From NCBI GenBank assembly GCA_965223325.1, contig CBDCWI010000002.1:1696001-1760000 (forward strand): 64,000 nt of DNA, written 5' to 3'. The notes beneath the pieces are model-generated. The model did no database searches. It had not been told where the DNA came from and worked only from the letters and a program-made list of their open reading frames with translations. This stretch comes from Candidatus Multivoradales bacterium (GTDB taxonomy: Bacteria > Acidobacteriota > Thermoanaerobaculia > Multivoradales > Multivoraceae). Position numbers and translations under genes: made by a program. Every line of letters begins with the position of its first letter. Positions within the stretch are counted from its first letter, which is position 1. Of the stretch, positions 46,942-56,601 are shown in pieces.

Positions 46942-48422
46942 CGCCGATGCTTCTTTTCGAGCTTCTTGAGCGCCTTGCCCGATATACCGCCAAGCGCATC
47001 GATCGCGGCGCGCAAGCGCGTACGGGTGACGTCGGAACCCAGAATCACCATGGACTCGAACAGGGGCGTCGACGACGAGCGCCCCGAAAGCGCGACGTAG
47101 AAAGGTCGCGTGAAGACCCGCATCTTGACGTCGGACTGTTCGGCGAGCTCGCGCAACGTCGCCTCGATCGAGTCACGATCCCAGTTCTTGATCGCCTCGA
47201 GCCGCCAGATCGCCAGCTGCAGAATCTCTTTGAGCGCCGCGGGCTCGAGACCACTCTGCTCGAGCTCCTCGGCGGCGACCGGCACGGTGTCGGCAAAGAA
47301 GGGGGCCGTCAGGAAACCCCAGTCACCCAGTGTTTCGAGCCGCGGCTGCGAAATCTGGGCGATTTCTTCGAGACGTTCTCGGTCATAGCCCCAGGCCAGC
47401 AGCTTCTCGACCAGCTGGGCAGGCGTGTTCTCCTCCCGGATGTAACGCGCGTTGAGCCAGCGCAGCTTGTCCGTGTCGAACACCGGTCCGCCGAGGGTTA
47501 CATTCTCGAGCTCGAAGTTCTCTGTGAACTCCGAAAGTGAAAACTTCTCCTCACCCTCCTCGCGTGAAGTGCCCAAGAGCGCCAGGAAGTTGACCAACGC
47601 CTCCGGTAGATAGCCCGCACGACGGTAGTAGTCGATCGACGTTGGGTTGCGACGCTTCGACAGCTTCGACTTGTTGGCGTCGTTGTTGCGCAGGAGCGGC
47701 AGGTGGCACATCACGGGCGCCTGCCAACCAAAAGCCTCGTACAGCAGAAGATGCTTGGGAATCGAGTTGATCCACTCCTCACCGCGGATCACGTGACTGA
47801 TCGCCATCAGGTGATCGTCGACGACGTTGGCCAGGTGATACGTGGGGAAGCCATCCGACTTGAGCAGAATCTGGTCGTCGACCAGCCGCCACTCACGGCG
47901 GATCTCGCCGCGCAGGAGATCCCGCATCACACACTCACCGTCGAGCGGCACGCGCAAGCGCACAGTGTGCGCCTCACCGTCAGCCGCACGACGGGCGCTC
48001 TCCTCCGGGTCGAGATCTCGATCGCGGCGACCGATGTGATCGAAGTCGCCCTCCTGACGTGCCGCCGCGCGCAGAGTGTCGAGTTCCTGGCGGGTCATGA
48101 AGTCGCGATAGGCGGCCCCCGATTCGAGCAACTCATCGACGTGAGCCTGATAGATCTCGAGGCGCTCGCTCTGCCGATAGGGCCCAAAGTCGCCTCCGAC
48201 ATCTGGCCCCTCGTCCCAGTCAAGCCCCAGCCAGCGCAAAGCCTCGAGAATTCGCGCCTCCGAGCGCACCGTCGAGCGCTCCTGATCCGTATCTTCAATG
48301 CGCAATACGAACGACCCACCGGACCGGCGGGCAAACGCGCGATTGAAGAGCGCCTGATAGGCCGTGCCGACATGGGGGTCGCCAGTAGGTGACGGAGCAA
48401 CGCGAACGCGAACCTCATTCAT
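46938..48422 (-). CDS. gltX: Glutamate--tRNA ligase
   Basis: RVAPSPTGDPHVG, RIEDTD, YHLANVVDD, KLSKR. Confidence 0.96.
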   Translation of the reverse strand: MNEVRVRVAPSPTGDPHVGTAYQALFNRAFARRSGGSFVLRIEDTDQERSTVRSEARILEALRWLGLDWDEGPDVGGDFGPYRQSERLEIYQAHVDELLESGAAYRDFMTRQELDTLRAAARQEGDFDHIGRRDRDLDPEESARRAADGEAHTVRLRVPLDGECVMRDLLRGEIRREWRLVDDQILLKSDGFPTYHLANVVDDHLMAISHVIRGEEWINSIPKHLLLYEAFGWQAPVMCHLPLLRNNDANKSKLSKRRNPTSIDYYRRAGYLPEALVNFLALLGTSREEGEEKFSLSEFTENFELENVTLGGPVFDTDKLRWLNARYIREENTPAQLVEKLLAWGYDRERLEEIAQISQPRLETLGDWGFLTAPFFADTVPVAAEELEQSGLEPAALKEILQLAIWRLEAIKNWDRDSIEATLRELAEQSDVKMRVFTRPFYVALSGRSSSTPLFESMVILGSDVTRTRLRAAIDALGGISGKALKKLEKKHRR

Positions 48423-48475
48423 CGCGCGAGAGTATAGGCTGACCAACCCATTCGCACAGACCGGAGAGAACCCGC

Positions 48476-49171
48476 ATGGCCAAGGCCGACGCTTCGCCCT
48501 TCAAGAAAGCCCTGTTCCAGTACCTCAAAGACCTGGAAAAGAACAACGACCGCGACTGGTTCAAGGAGAACCGGTCACGCTACGACGACTCCGTCCTCGA
48601 CCCAGCCTTCGAGTTCATCAGCGCCTTCGGCCCCCGCCTGCGCAAGATCTCGCCTCACTTTCTGGCCATCCCCAAAGCCTCCGGCGGCTCCCTGTTCCGC
48701 ATCCACCGCGACGTACGCTTCTCCAAGGACAAGCGCCCCTACAAGACCAACGTCGGCATCCACTTTCGCCACGAAGCCCACAAGAACGCCTACGCCCCCG
48801 GCTTCTATCTCCACCTGGACACGGAAGGCTCCTTCGCCGCGCTCGGCATCTGGCACCCCGAGAAGGATGCCCTACGCGCCATCCGTGAACGAATCGCCGT
48901 CGACCCCAAGAGCTGGCACAGAGCAGCCAACAGCAAGAAGCTCAAAGAGCGCTTCGAACTCTCCGGCGACTCGCTAAAGCGCCCACCCAAAGGCTTCGAT
49001 CCCGACCACCCCGCGATCGAAGACCTCAAGAGAAAAGACTTCATCGCCGTCCACCAACTCACTCAGAAAACCGTCACCAGTGCCGGCTTCCTCGATGAGT
49101 ACGAGTCGCTGTGCAAGCGCGGCGCCCCCCTCATGAAGTGGCTCTGCGGAGCCCTCGACGTCGCGTTCTAA
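48476..49171 (+). CDS. DUF2461 family protein
   Basis: NNDRDWF, FRIHRDVRFSKDKRPYKT, LKRPPKGF. Confidence 0.88.
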   Translation: MAKADASPFKKALFQYLKDLEKNNDRDWFKENRSRYDDSVLDPAFEFISAFGPRLRKISPHFLAIPKASGGSLFRIHRDVRFSKDKRPYKTNVGIHFRHEAHKNAYAPGFYLHLDTEGSFAALGIWHPEKDALRAIRERIAVDPKSWHRAANSKKLKERFELSGDSLKRPPKGFDPDHPAIEDLKRKDFIAVHQLTQKTVTSAGFLDEYESLCKRGAPLMKWLCGALDVAF

Positions 49172-49190
49172 CAAACCGCGAAAGCGGCAC

Positions 49191-49596
49191 GAAATCTGCG
49201 ATATGTAGAGTCATCGATTGTGGCCGGGAAATTCCCCCCGACTGTGAAAAGGCGCGGCTGCGCCGGCCCGCCACCCCCAAACGGGCTCGGAAAGTCCCCC
49301 CGACCGGGTCTCTCGGTGGCGTGCAGGCGGCGCGAAATCCACGATATGCGGACTCATCGATTGTGGCCGGAAACTCCCCCCGACTGTGAAGAGGCGCGGC
49401 TGCGCCGGCCCGCCGCCCCCAAACGGGCTCGGAAAGTCCCCCCGACCGTGTCTCGGTGGCGTGCAGGCGACGCGAAATCCACGATATGCGGACTCATCGA
49501 TTGTGGCCGGGAACTCCCCCCGACTGTGAAGAGGCGCGGCTGCGCTGGTCCGCCGCCCCCAATCGAGCTCGGAAAGTCCCCCCGACCGTATCGGTG
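49191..49596. repeat. Three tandem copies of a ~140-bp repeat
   Basis: Units start GAAATC at 49191, 49334 and 49474; each holds two GGAA..TCCCCCCGAC-like sub-motifs. Confidence 0.92.
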
Positions 49597-49616
49597 CAGC
49601 GAGGCTGCGCCGCCGC

Positions 49617-50486
49617 CTACCGCCCGAACCGCCGGTGCCGATCGTGGTAACTCCGCATCGCGCGCAGGAAGTCGATCTTGCGAAACGCCGGCCAGTGGGT
49701 GTCACAAAAGTAGTACTCCGAATACGCACTCTGCCAGAGCAGGAAGCCCGACAACCTCACTTCACCTGAAGTCCGAACAATCAGGTCAGGCTCAGGCTGT
49801 CCGTAGGTATAGAGAAATGGCTCGATCGACCCGGGCTCGAAGCTCTCGGCAAGCTCGGAGACACTCCGTCCGTCGGAGGCCCCGGCCTCCAGGTATCGAC
49901 GAAAAGCCTCGGAGACTTCCTCACGGCCGCCGTAGGCCATCGCAATGTTGAGCTCACAACCGGTGTATTCGCGCGTCGCCTCCTCGGCGCTCTTGATCGC
50001 GTCACGCAGACTGTCTGGCAATCGATCGAGCTCACCGATGTAGCGCAGCCGAACCTGACGACGGTGGACTTCGGGATGCGCTTTGAGCTCGTTGGTCTTG
50101 TCTTCGAATAGGTCGAGCAGGGCGCTGACCTCGCTGGTGTCGCGGTTGAAGTTGTCGAGCGAGAAACACCACACCGTCACTACCTCGACGCCAGCGTCGT
50201 AGCACCAGTCGAGCACCTGCCAGAGTTTCTCCGCCCCGTGCCGGTGACCTTCGCTGACGTTGCCGAGACCGTACTCACGCGCAAAGCGACGGTTGCCGTC
50301 CATGATCACGCCGACGTGGCGGGGCAGCTCCCAGGTTGCCAGCTTGCCCTCCAGGCGTCGTTCATAGAGCTGGTAGAAGGGCGCCTTGATGAACGACTTG
50401 CCGAGACCCTTGGCGACCTGCCAGACGTCGCGCAGCCATCCTGACCGCTCGTCCGGTTGGGCAGTGGTGAGATCAGTAGAAACCAT
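49617..50486 (-). CDS. cis-isoprenyl diphosphate synthase (UppS family)
   Basis: HVGVIMDGNRR, FSLDN, YGGR, RTSGEVRLSGF, RRFG. Confidence 0.92.
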   Translation of the reverse strand: MVSTDLTTAQPDERSGWLRDVWQVAKGLGKSFIKAPFYQLYERRLEGKLATWELPRHVGVIMDGNRRFAREYGLGNVSEGHRHGAEKLWQVLDWCYDAGVEVVTVWCFSLDNFNRDTSEVSALLDLFEDKTNELKAHPEVHRRQVRLRYIGELDRLPDSLRDAIKSAEEATREYTGCELNIAMAYGGREEVSEAFRRYLEAGASDGRSVSELAESFEPGSIEPFLYTYGQPEPDLIVRTSGEVRLSGFLLWQSAYSEYYFCDTHWPAFRKIDFLRAMRSYHDRHRRFGR

Positions 50487-50730
50487 GTTCACTCCGAGCT
50501 GGAAATTCTAGGATGATGGGCACGAAGCGACGCGAGGACAGCCCTGGGCCTGCCCCGAGCATGACGCCCTGATGTGGCGAAAAGGAGGCACTCCCCGAGC
50601 AACGTCCGGTACAGCTTCCGTAGCACGTGAATGCTACGCTGCCGCTCCGCCGCGCCACAAGCAACCGAGGCGCAATCGGCCACTTTTCACCCGATCGACT
50701 CCTACGCCCTTCAGGGTAACCAGGCACGTT

Positions 50731-51435
50731 TTGGACGACAAGCCAACCATCGATCTGCTCGAAGGCATCGCAACGGCGCGCAGCATCCGGCGCTACCGGC
50801 TCGACGAGCCAGTCTCCGACGAAGACCTGTCGAAGATCATGTGGTCTGCCACGCGCGCTCCATCGGGCACCAACCGCCAGCCCTTTCGTTTCATCGTGCT
50901 GCGCGACGGCGACAACGCTCGCCGCGCCAGGGCGGTTCTCGCCCAGGCTTTTCGGGCCAGCTGGAAAGAGAAGTGCGACGCTGAAGGCTGGACGTCCGGT
51001 GGCTTCGACATGGACTCCAAACGCGGGCGCACCCTCGCCGCGATGCAGACCTTCATCGACAACTTCGAACGCATTCCGGTCATCATCCTTGCCTGCTTCG
51101 TCCGCTTCCGTGAGCCCAATCACTTCGAAGGCGCCTCGGTCTTCCCTGCTTGCCAGAACCTGCTGTTGGCGGCGCGCGCGCTCGGCTACGGCTGCTGCTT
51201 CAGCGGTTGGCACGTCCCGGTCGCCGACCAGCTGAAGGAGATTCTCGGTGTCCCCGCCGAGGTCGAGCTCTCGCTATGCATCACGCTCGGGAAACCGGCT
51301 GGCAATCACGGCCCCGTTCGTCGACGCCCGGTGCAGGAGCTCATCTTCGACGACGGTTGGGAACAGCCCGCGACCTGGTGCGTCGACCCGCCAGGTAGTC
51401 GGTTCGCCAGGGGCGGACCGCCGAAGAAGTCCTGA
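50731..51435 (+). CDS. Nitroreductase family protein
   Basis: RSIRRY, APSGTNRQP, QNLLLAARALG; TTG start inferred. Confidence 0.87.
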   Translation: MDDKPTIDLLEGIATARSIRRYRLDEPVSDEDLSKIMWSATRAPSGTNRQPFRFIVLRDGDNARRARAVLAQAFRASWKEKCDAEGWTSGGFDMDSKRGRTLAAMQTFIDNFERIPVIILACFVRFREPNHFEGASVFPACQNLLLAARALGYGCCFSGWHVPVADQLKEILGVPAEVELSLCITLGKPAGNHGPVRRRPVQELIFDDGWEQPATWCVDPPGSRFARGGPPKKS

Positions 51436-51445
51436 GTCGTCGCCG

Positions 51446-53680
51446 TCACTCACATCCGTCGAGCGCGCGCGTGTCTTGGACCGGGGCGAACGGCTGGTTC
51501 TCTCGGTTGCGGTAGCTCCACTCTTCGTCGCTCAAGCGGTCCTCGACGCGAATCCCGGCCTCGACGTTGGTCAGGCCTGCGCCAAACACCCAGATCGAAT
51601 CGTTGACCTGGCAGCCGTCGAGCACTTTGAGCACGACCTCGACGTTCTCTGGCCTGAAGAACCAGAAGAACGCCGACTCATCCGAGAGCTCACCCGGTGT
51701 GCCATCACCCACAGTGCCGTCGCGCCCGCGCCACTGCACCGCTGCTCGGTAGCGTCCCCCGAGGAGATCGATCGACGGACGGTCACCAATGCGGACCTCG
51801 AGCGGACCTCGATCGGGATTCGCTCTGCGCCGCGGTCGACGGGTGAGGTCGAGGTTGACCTGGCCGAGCGAGTCGAGGCTCTGACCACGCGCCTGCGCAC
51901 ACCCGTCGTTGAGCCGCAACCGCAGGTCGCCGGCTAGAGGGTTCTCGAACTGCGGCGCACACGCATCTGAGGAGCTATCGGCCCCCGAGGCCGCGCGATA
52001 ACGCTCGATCGGCACCTCGGAATCGACACCCGGCCACAAGAAGCGCCCGCCAGCACCCCAGGTATTACCATCAGACTGCCAGTCGCTCGGGATGTAACGG
52101 GCTCCGATCTGACGACGCCCCGTCCGGGTGCCAGCGAAGATGTTGTTCCACACCCGGAAACTCTGGTGGCCAAAGGTTCGGAACGAATCAAGCGCCACGA
52201 TGCCACTTCTGGTCTCGCCAAAGCAGGTGTTGTGGGCGAATGTGATCGTGCCGGGGTTGGGCCCCTCGTCATTGCCGGCGTTGTACCAGAGGCAATGTTG
52301 GTAGAAGCCGGGACTCTCCTCCCTTTGATCGGTCCAGAACAGGTTGTTGGTAATCGTCACATCGCGCACCGAGCGCGTGACCGTCGCATCCTCGCCAGTT
52401 TGCACTTTGGTGAACACGAGGGGTGCGAACGCGTCGTGCGTCGTGAGAGTGCGGTTGGCGTTGTAGACGATGCCATCGACCGGGCGCGACTGCTCGGCCT
52501 TGCAGAATCCTTCGGAGAAGCCAACGTCCAGGCTGAGCGCGAAGTCGATCAGCTCGTTGTTCTGAATCAAGGCATCCTGGAGGCAAGACAGCGTCGAGAA
52601 GCCGCCGCAACCAACGAAGCTCGCCGAAGGATTCCAGGCCCCGACGTTGCAGTCGAAGCGCGAGTCGAGGACCTCGAGGCCGGTGACGTATCCCCAGAGC
52701 TTGAGCGCGATGAAGGCGCTGCTGGCGCAATCTTCGGCGTTGCAACCATGCGCCGTGCCCTCGATGTTCTTGAGCCGGAATGGACCGGCCTCGTGCCCAC
52801 CATCGGAACCCGAGCCGCGCATGAAGTAGCCGCCGGTATCGAGCGCCAGGATGTTCTCGAGTGCAAACCACCGGAGCTGTTGCGCCCCGAACATGTTGAA
52901 GGCAATCGTGCCACTCGAGAGCGGCTTGTCCTGATTGACGCCGCGTAGCTCGAGATCGTGCACATAGAGGTGACTGGTGGCACGACTGCGATTGGCCTGC
53001 ATGAAGCCGCCTTCGTCGGTCGCGCTCCAACGGTTGTAGTCGCGGACTTCGAAATGGGCCACCTCGAAGTGGTCGTTGTCGCGTTCGCGATTGAACGAGA
53101 ACGCCATCGAGAGTCGACCAGGACGACCGTCGAGCACCGCCGTGTCGTCGCGGTCGTAGGGCGGGTACTCGCCGTCGTTGTCCGTGTCCCAACCCACCAG
53201 CATTGCTGGATCGCTCGGGTACTCGAAGGCGCGGGCTTCGGTCGCCTTTCTGGCAACCAGGTGATGACCGGGAACCCCCGAGGTCGCCGGGGTCAAGTCG
53301 TCGGGCGAACACGTACCGCGGAAGCAGACGATGTCTTCGGCCCCGTCATCGGGACCGTCGACCCGCAGAAGAAGGGCGTGCCTCAAAGACCGACATGGGT
53401 TACCCGGCGAACCGCAGACAGGGCTATCGCGCCCCGCCTGACAGTCGACGAAGATCTGGTCTTCCGGGACCCCGTCGTCGTCTGGATCGAGAATGCCCGC
53501 CCGGCAGACCCGGCAGTCCTCCGGCTCACCGAGAATGCCATCGTCATCGAGATCGAACCCGCAGGGTCGCGACTGGTAGCCGCGCTCCGGGTACTGGGCC
53601 AGCGCCTCTCCAGTGGACATGGTCCCAGAAACCGCAAGGGTCACCAACAGTCCCCAGAGGGCGATGAGAAGTCGACGCAT
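51446..53680 (-). CDS. Secreted right-handed beta-helix protein with DxDxDG motifs and a lineage-typical C-terminal domain
   Basis: Signal peptide; TITNNLF, TFAHNT and VWNNIF coils; C-terminal FWFF..ENVEVVLKVLDGC..N..WVFGAGLTNVE. Confidence 0.7.
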   Translation of the reverse strand: MRRLLIALWGLLVTLAVSGTMSTGEALAQYPERGYQSRPCGFDLDDDGILGEPEDCRVCRAGILDPDDDGVPEDQIFVDCQAGRDSPVCGSPGNPCRSLRHALLLRVDGPDDGAEDIVCFRGTCSPDDLTPATSGVPGHHLVARKATEARAFEYPSDPAMLVGWDTDNDGEYPPYDRDDTAVLDGRPGRLSMAFSFNRERDNDHFEVAHFEVRDYNRWSATDEGGFMQANRSRATSHLYVHDLELRGVNQDKPLSSGTIAFNMFGAQQLRWFALENILALDTGGYFMRGSGSDGGHEAGPFRLKNIEGTAHGCNAEDCASSAFIALKLWGYVTGLEVLDSRFDCNVGAWNPSASFVGCGGFSTLSCLQDALIQNNELIDFALSLDVGFSEGFCKAEQSRPVDGIVYNANRTLTTHDAFAPLVFTKVQTGEDATVTRSVRDVTITNNLFWTDQREESPGFYQHCLWYNAGNDEGPNPGTITFAHNTCFGETRSGIVALDSFRTFGHQSFRVWNNIFAGTRTGRRQIGARYIPSDWQSDGNTWGAGGRFLWPGVDSEVPIERYRAASGADSSSDACAPQFENPLAGDLRLRLNDGCAQARGQSLDSLGQVNLDLTRRPRRRANPDRGPLEVRIGDRPSIDLLGGRYRAAVQWRGRDGTVGDGTPGELSDESAFFWFFRPENVEVVLKVLDGCQVNDSIWVFGAGLTNVEAGIRVEDRLSDEEWSYRNRENQPFAPVQDTRALDGCE

Positions 53681-53812
53681 GGTCGGATCGGAAAGCATGA
53701 GAGGGCTCCTGAGAGAGGCGACCTCGATTCTATTGCCGAAGCCTCCTATGCAGGCGGTCCCAGGACCGGCAGGCACAGACGGCCGGCATTGGGGCATAGT
53801 TGCCGCAGTCCC

Positions 53813-54925
53813 ATGTCGGAACCAACCAACATCAAGATCGGCCACACGATCCACGGGCTCGGACCTGGCGGCGCCCAGAAGGTGATCGCGGCGATCGCAC
53901 GCCACGCGCCCGAGGGCTCCCTGCACTACGTCTATTCGAGCTCCGGTGGAGCCTTCGAGCCCGAAGTGGCCGAGGCGGCGGCTGCGGTTCGCATCGTGCC
54001 ACGCAGACTGCCGCGCTTCGATCCGCTGTGGGTTGGCGACCTCGGCCGCGCCTTCGGGCGCGATGGCGTCGACCTGGTTCATGGACACCTCTTCGGTGAC
54101 ACCCTGCACGGTGCACTCGCCGCCAGCCGCAACCGCCTCCCGCGCATTGCCACTCTCCACAGCGAGTATGCCTTCTTCACTCGCATGCAGCGGGTCGCCT
54201 ACCGCTGGCTGATTCCCAGGCTCGACGCGACGGTTGCCTGTTCCGAGGCGACCCTGGCCTCCTGGCGCACTGCTTTCCCCAAGGCAACAGAGATGCTGGC
54301 CATTGCCAACGGCATCACGCCACCCGAGTTTCAGGGCTCCTTTTCAGCCCCGAACTCCGATCCCTCGACGACCCAGCGCCTCACCCTGGCGACCGTTGGC
54401 CGCCTCGAACCCGCCAAGGGCCTCGACGTTCTCCTCCGCGCCCTGGCACTACCTTCTAGCGGTACCGCCCCGAGACTTCTGGTGATCGGCGAAGGAAGCC
54501 AACGTAACGCCCTCGAGGCTATGACGAGAGATCTCGGACTCAGCGAACGGGTGCGTTTTCTCGGCCTCTCTGACACGGTCGGCCAGCTGCTGATGACGGT
54601 GGACTGCGTGGTTTTCCCCTCGGTTTCCGAGGGGCTTCCGATGGCGCTCCTCGAAGCGATGGCGGCCAGCCGCTGCCTGGTGATCAGCGATCTCCCCGGC
54701 ATGACCGAAGCCGCACGCCCCGAGAACGAGGCGCTGGTCGTGCCGCCACAAAATCCCGAGGCTCTCGCCGGCGCCCTCGAACGCATCGCGCACGAACCAG
54801 GGCTGCGCCAGCGGCTGGGCGCTTCTGCTCGCTCGCGTTTCGAAGAACGCTACAGCGCGGTGCGGATGGCATCCGACTACGACGCGCTCTACCGCCGGCT
54901 GCTCTCCGAAAGAGGGCCAACCTGA
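53813..54925 (+). CDS. Glycosyltransferase family 4
   Basis: GGAQ, VGRL...KG, SEGLPMALLEAMA. Confidence 0.9.
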   Translation: MSEPTNIKIGHTIHGLGPGGAQKVIAAIARHAPEGSLHYVYSSSGGAFEPEVAEAAAAVRIVPRRLPRFDPLWVGDLGRAFGRDGVDLVHGHLFGDTLHGALAASRNRLPRIATLHSEYAFFTRMQRVAYRWLIPRLDATVACSEATLASWRTAFPKATEMLAIANGITPPEFQGSFSAPNSDPSTTQRLTLATVGRLEPAKGLDVLLRALALPSSGTAPRLLVIGEGSQRNALEAMTRDLGLSERVRFLGLSDTVGQLLMTVDCVVFPSVSEGLPMALLEAMAASRCLVISDLPGMTEAARPENEALVVPPQNPEALAGALERIAHEPGLRQRLGASARSRFEERYSAVRMASDYDALYRRLLSERGPT

Positions 54926-54932
54926 TGGTTCG

Positions 54933-54961
54933 ACCAATTGGCACCATCGAAACCAATTGGC
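54933..54961. promoter_or_regulatory. Probable operator of the MocR-type regulator
   Basis: ACCAATTGGC repeated at 54933 and 54952, each with a CCAATTGG palindrome. Confidence 0.55.
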
Positions 54962-55099
54962 CCTGACAACGTATAGAGAGCAATCCCCCCAGAGCGCCCC
55001 ACCGGCGCCCGCGCGCCGGAAGCTGGGCTCAGTCCTGGAGGAACGCTGAGATCCAGGCCCTCAGCAACGCCGAGATAGAGGCCGTCAGGAAACACCGCG

Positions 55100-56584
55100 A
55101 TGCAGGAACTCGTCTTTCACCCCGACCGCAACGCCCCACAACCGGTCTATCGCCAGCTCGCCAGCTACCTCGAGAAGCTGATCGAGAACGGCCGCCTCTT
55201 GCCTGGCGAGAAGCTTCCTGCAAGTCGTGAGCTCGCCGGAGCCCTCCGCCTATCGCGCAACACCATCAATCAGGCCTACCAGACCCTGCTCGATCGCCAG
55301 CTGGTGCACGCGCACGTCGGGCAGGGCACCTTCGTCGCGCGCTCGCCCATTACGGTCGAGTCCAGGCAGGAGCGGCCCGCGGGCCATCGCGAGTTCGTCT
55401 GGGACGCCCTCTACTCCACCCGTGCAAGACACCTTCCCAGCAACCTCAGGCGCCTGTCGCAGGGCCCGGTTCCGATCGAGTTCGACTTCGAGGCCGGGCG
55501 CGTCGACACGCCGTCGCTCCCCACCCAGGAGCTGACCCGCGCCTATCGCCAGGCAATCGATCGCGACCTCGCCGCACTGGCCAACAAGCTCACCGCCGCT
55601 GGCTGGTTTCCGCTGCGACGTGCCATCGCCCACAACCTCATCTCGCGCGGTATCGAGTGCGACGCCGAGCACGTCATGATCACCACCGGTGCCCAACAGG
55701 CCCTCGACCTCCTGGCCCGTGTCCTCCTCGACCCCGGCGACCTGTTCGCGATCGAACAACCCGGCTACTTCGGCGCCACCCTCGCCTTCACCTCCGCCGA
55801 AGCCGAGCCAGTCGGCATCCACGTTGACTCTGAAGGCCTCGACACCTGCCAACTCGAACGCACCCTGAGGCGGCGGCGCCTCAAGATGATCTACACCACG
55901 CCCGCGGTGCAGTCGCCAACCGGCGTTGTGATGAGCGCGCGCCGGCGCGAAGAACTGCTGGCGCTCGCCGAGGAACACCAGACGCCGATCATCGAGGACG
56001 ACTACGATGGAGAGCTGCGCCTCGATTCTCCAGCCGTGGGCGCGATCAAGGTGCTCGACCGGGCTGGCAAGGTGGTCTACGTGGGCACCTTCTCGAAGGC
56101 CGTCTTTCCAGGAATGCGACTGGGCTACGTGGTCGCATCGCCGGTTCTGCTGCAGAAGCTGACCGCCGCCAAGGCCACCAGCGACCTTGGCTCGGCGGTG
56201 CTCGACCAGGCCGCGCTCACCGAGCTCTTCGAATCCGGTGGGCTCGAACGTCACGTTCGCCGGGTTCGCAAGCTCTACATCGAACGCACCCGGACTGCCC
56301 TCGACACCCTCGAAGACTCGCTGCCAGAAGACGCCCACTGGCGAGCGCCGGCGGGTGGCAACAGTCTATGGATCACCATGCCGCGCGGTGTGACGCGAAA
56401 GAGTCTCGAAGGCAAGCTTCGTCGGGCCGGCATTCGGGCACCGTTCGGCGACGCCTTCTGGCTCCAACCGCCCGAGCAGGTCTCGGTCTACCTGAGCGTC
56501 GCCAACATGGAAGGTGACGACCTCAGGCAAGGCCTCACCCGCTTCGCTGAATGTGTCTGGCAGGCCCTTCGCGAAGACGACTGA
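55100..56584 (+). CDS. MocR/GabR family regulator (GntR HTH plus PLP aminotransferase-like domain)
   Basis: KLPASRELA..L.LSRNT, GQGTFV, IIEDDYD, TFSK..FPGMRLGY. Confidence 0.92.
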   Translation: MQELVFHPDRNAPQPVYRQLASYLEKLIENGRLLPGEKLPASRELAGALRLSRNTINQAYQTLLDRQLVHAHVGQGTFVARSPITVESRQERPAGHREFVWDALYSTRARHLPSNLRRLSQGPVPIEFDFEAGRVDTPSLPTQELTRAYRQAIDRDLAALANKLTAAGWFPLRRAIAHNLISRGIECDAEHVMITTGAQQALDLLARVLLDPGDLFAIEQPGYFGATLAFTSAEAEPVGIHVDSEGLDTCQLERTLRRRRLKMIYTTPAVQSPTGVVMSARRREELLALAEEHQTPIIEDDYDGELRLDSPAVGAIKVLDRAGKVVYVGTFSKAVFPGMRLGYVVASPVLLQKLTAAKATSDLGSAVLDQAALTELFESGGLERHVRRVRKLYIERTRTALDTLEDSLPEDAHWRAPAGGNSLWITMPRGVTRKSLEGKLRRAGIRAPFGDAFWLQPPEQVSVYLSVANMEGDDLRQGLTRFAECVWQALREDD

Positions 56585-56601
56585 AAGGGGGCTTCCAGAG
56601 C

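Noticed and set aside
44873-48422. glnS and gltX adjacency as a special system
   Set aside because: Both are ordinary intact synthetases in convergent orientation; nothing unusual was seen.
49191-49596. CRISPR array
   Set aside because: The sequence between the short motifs is itself repeated, the units are ~140 bp, and there are no cas genes.
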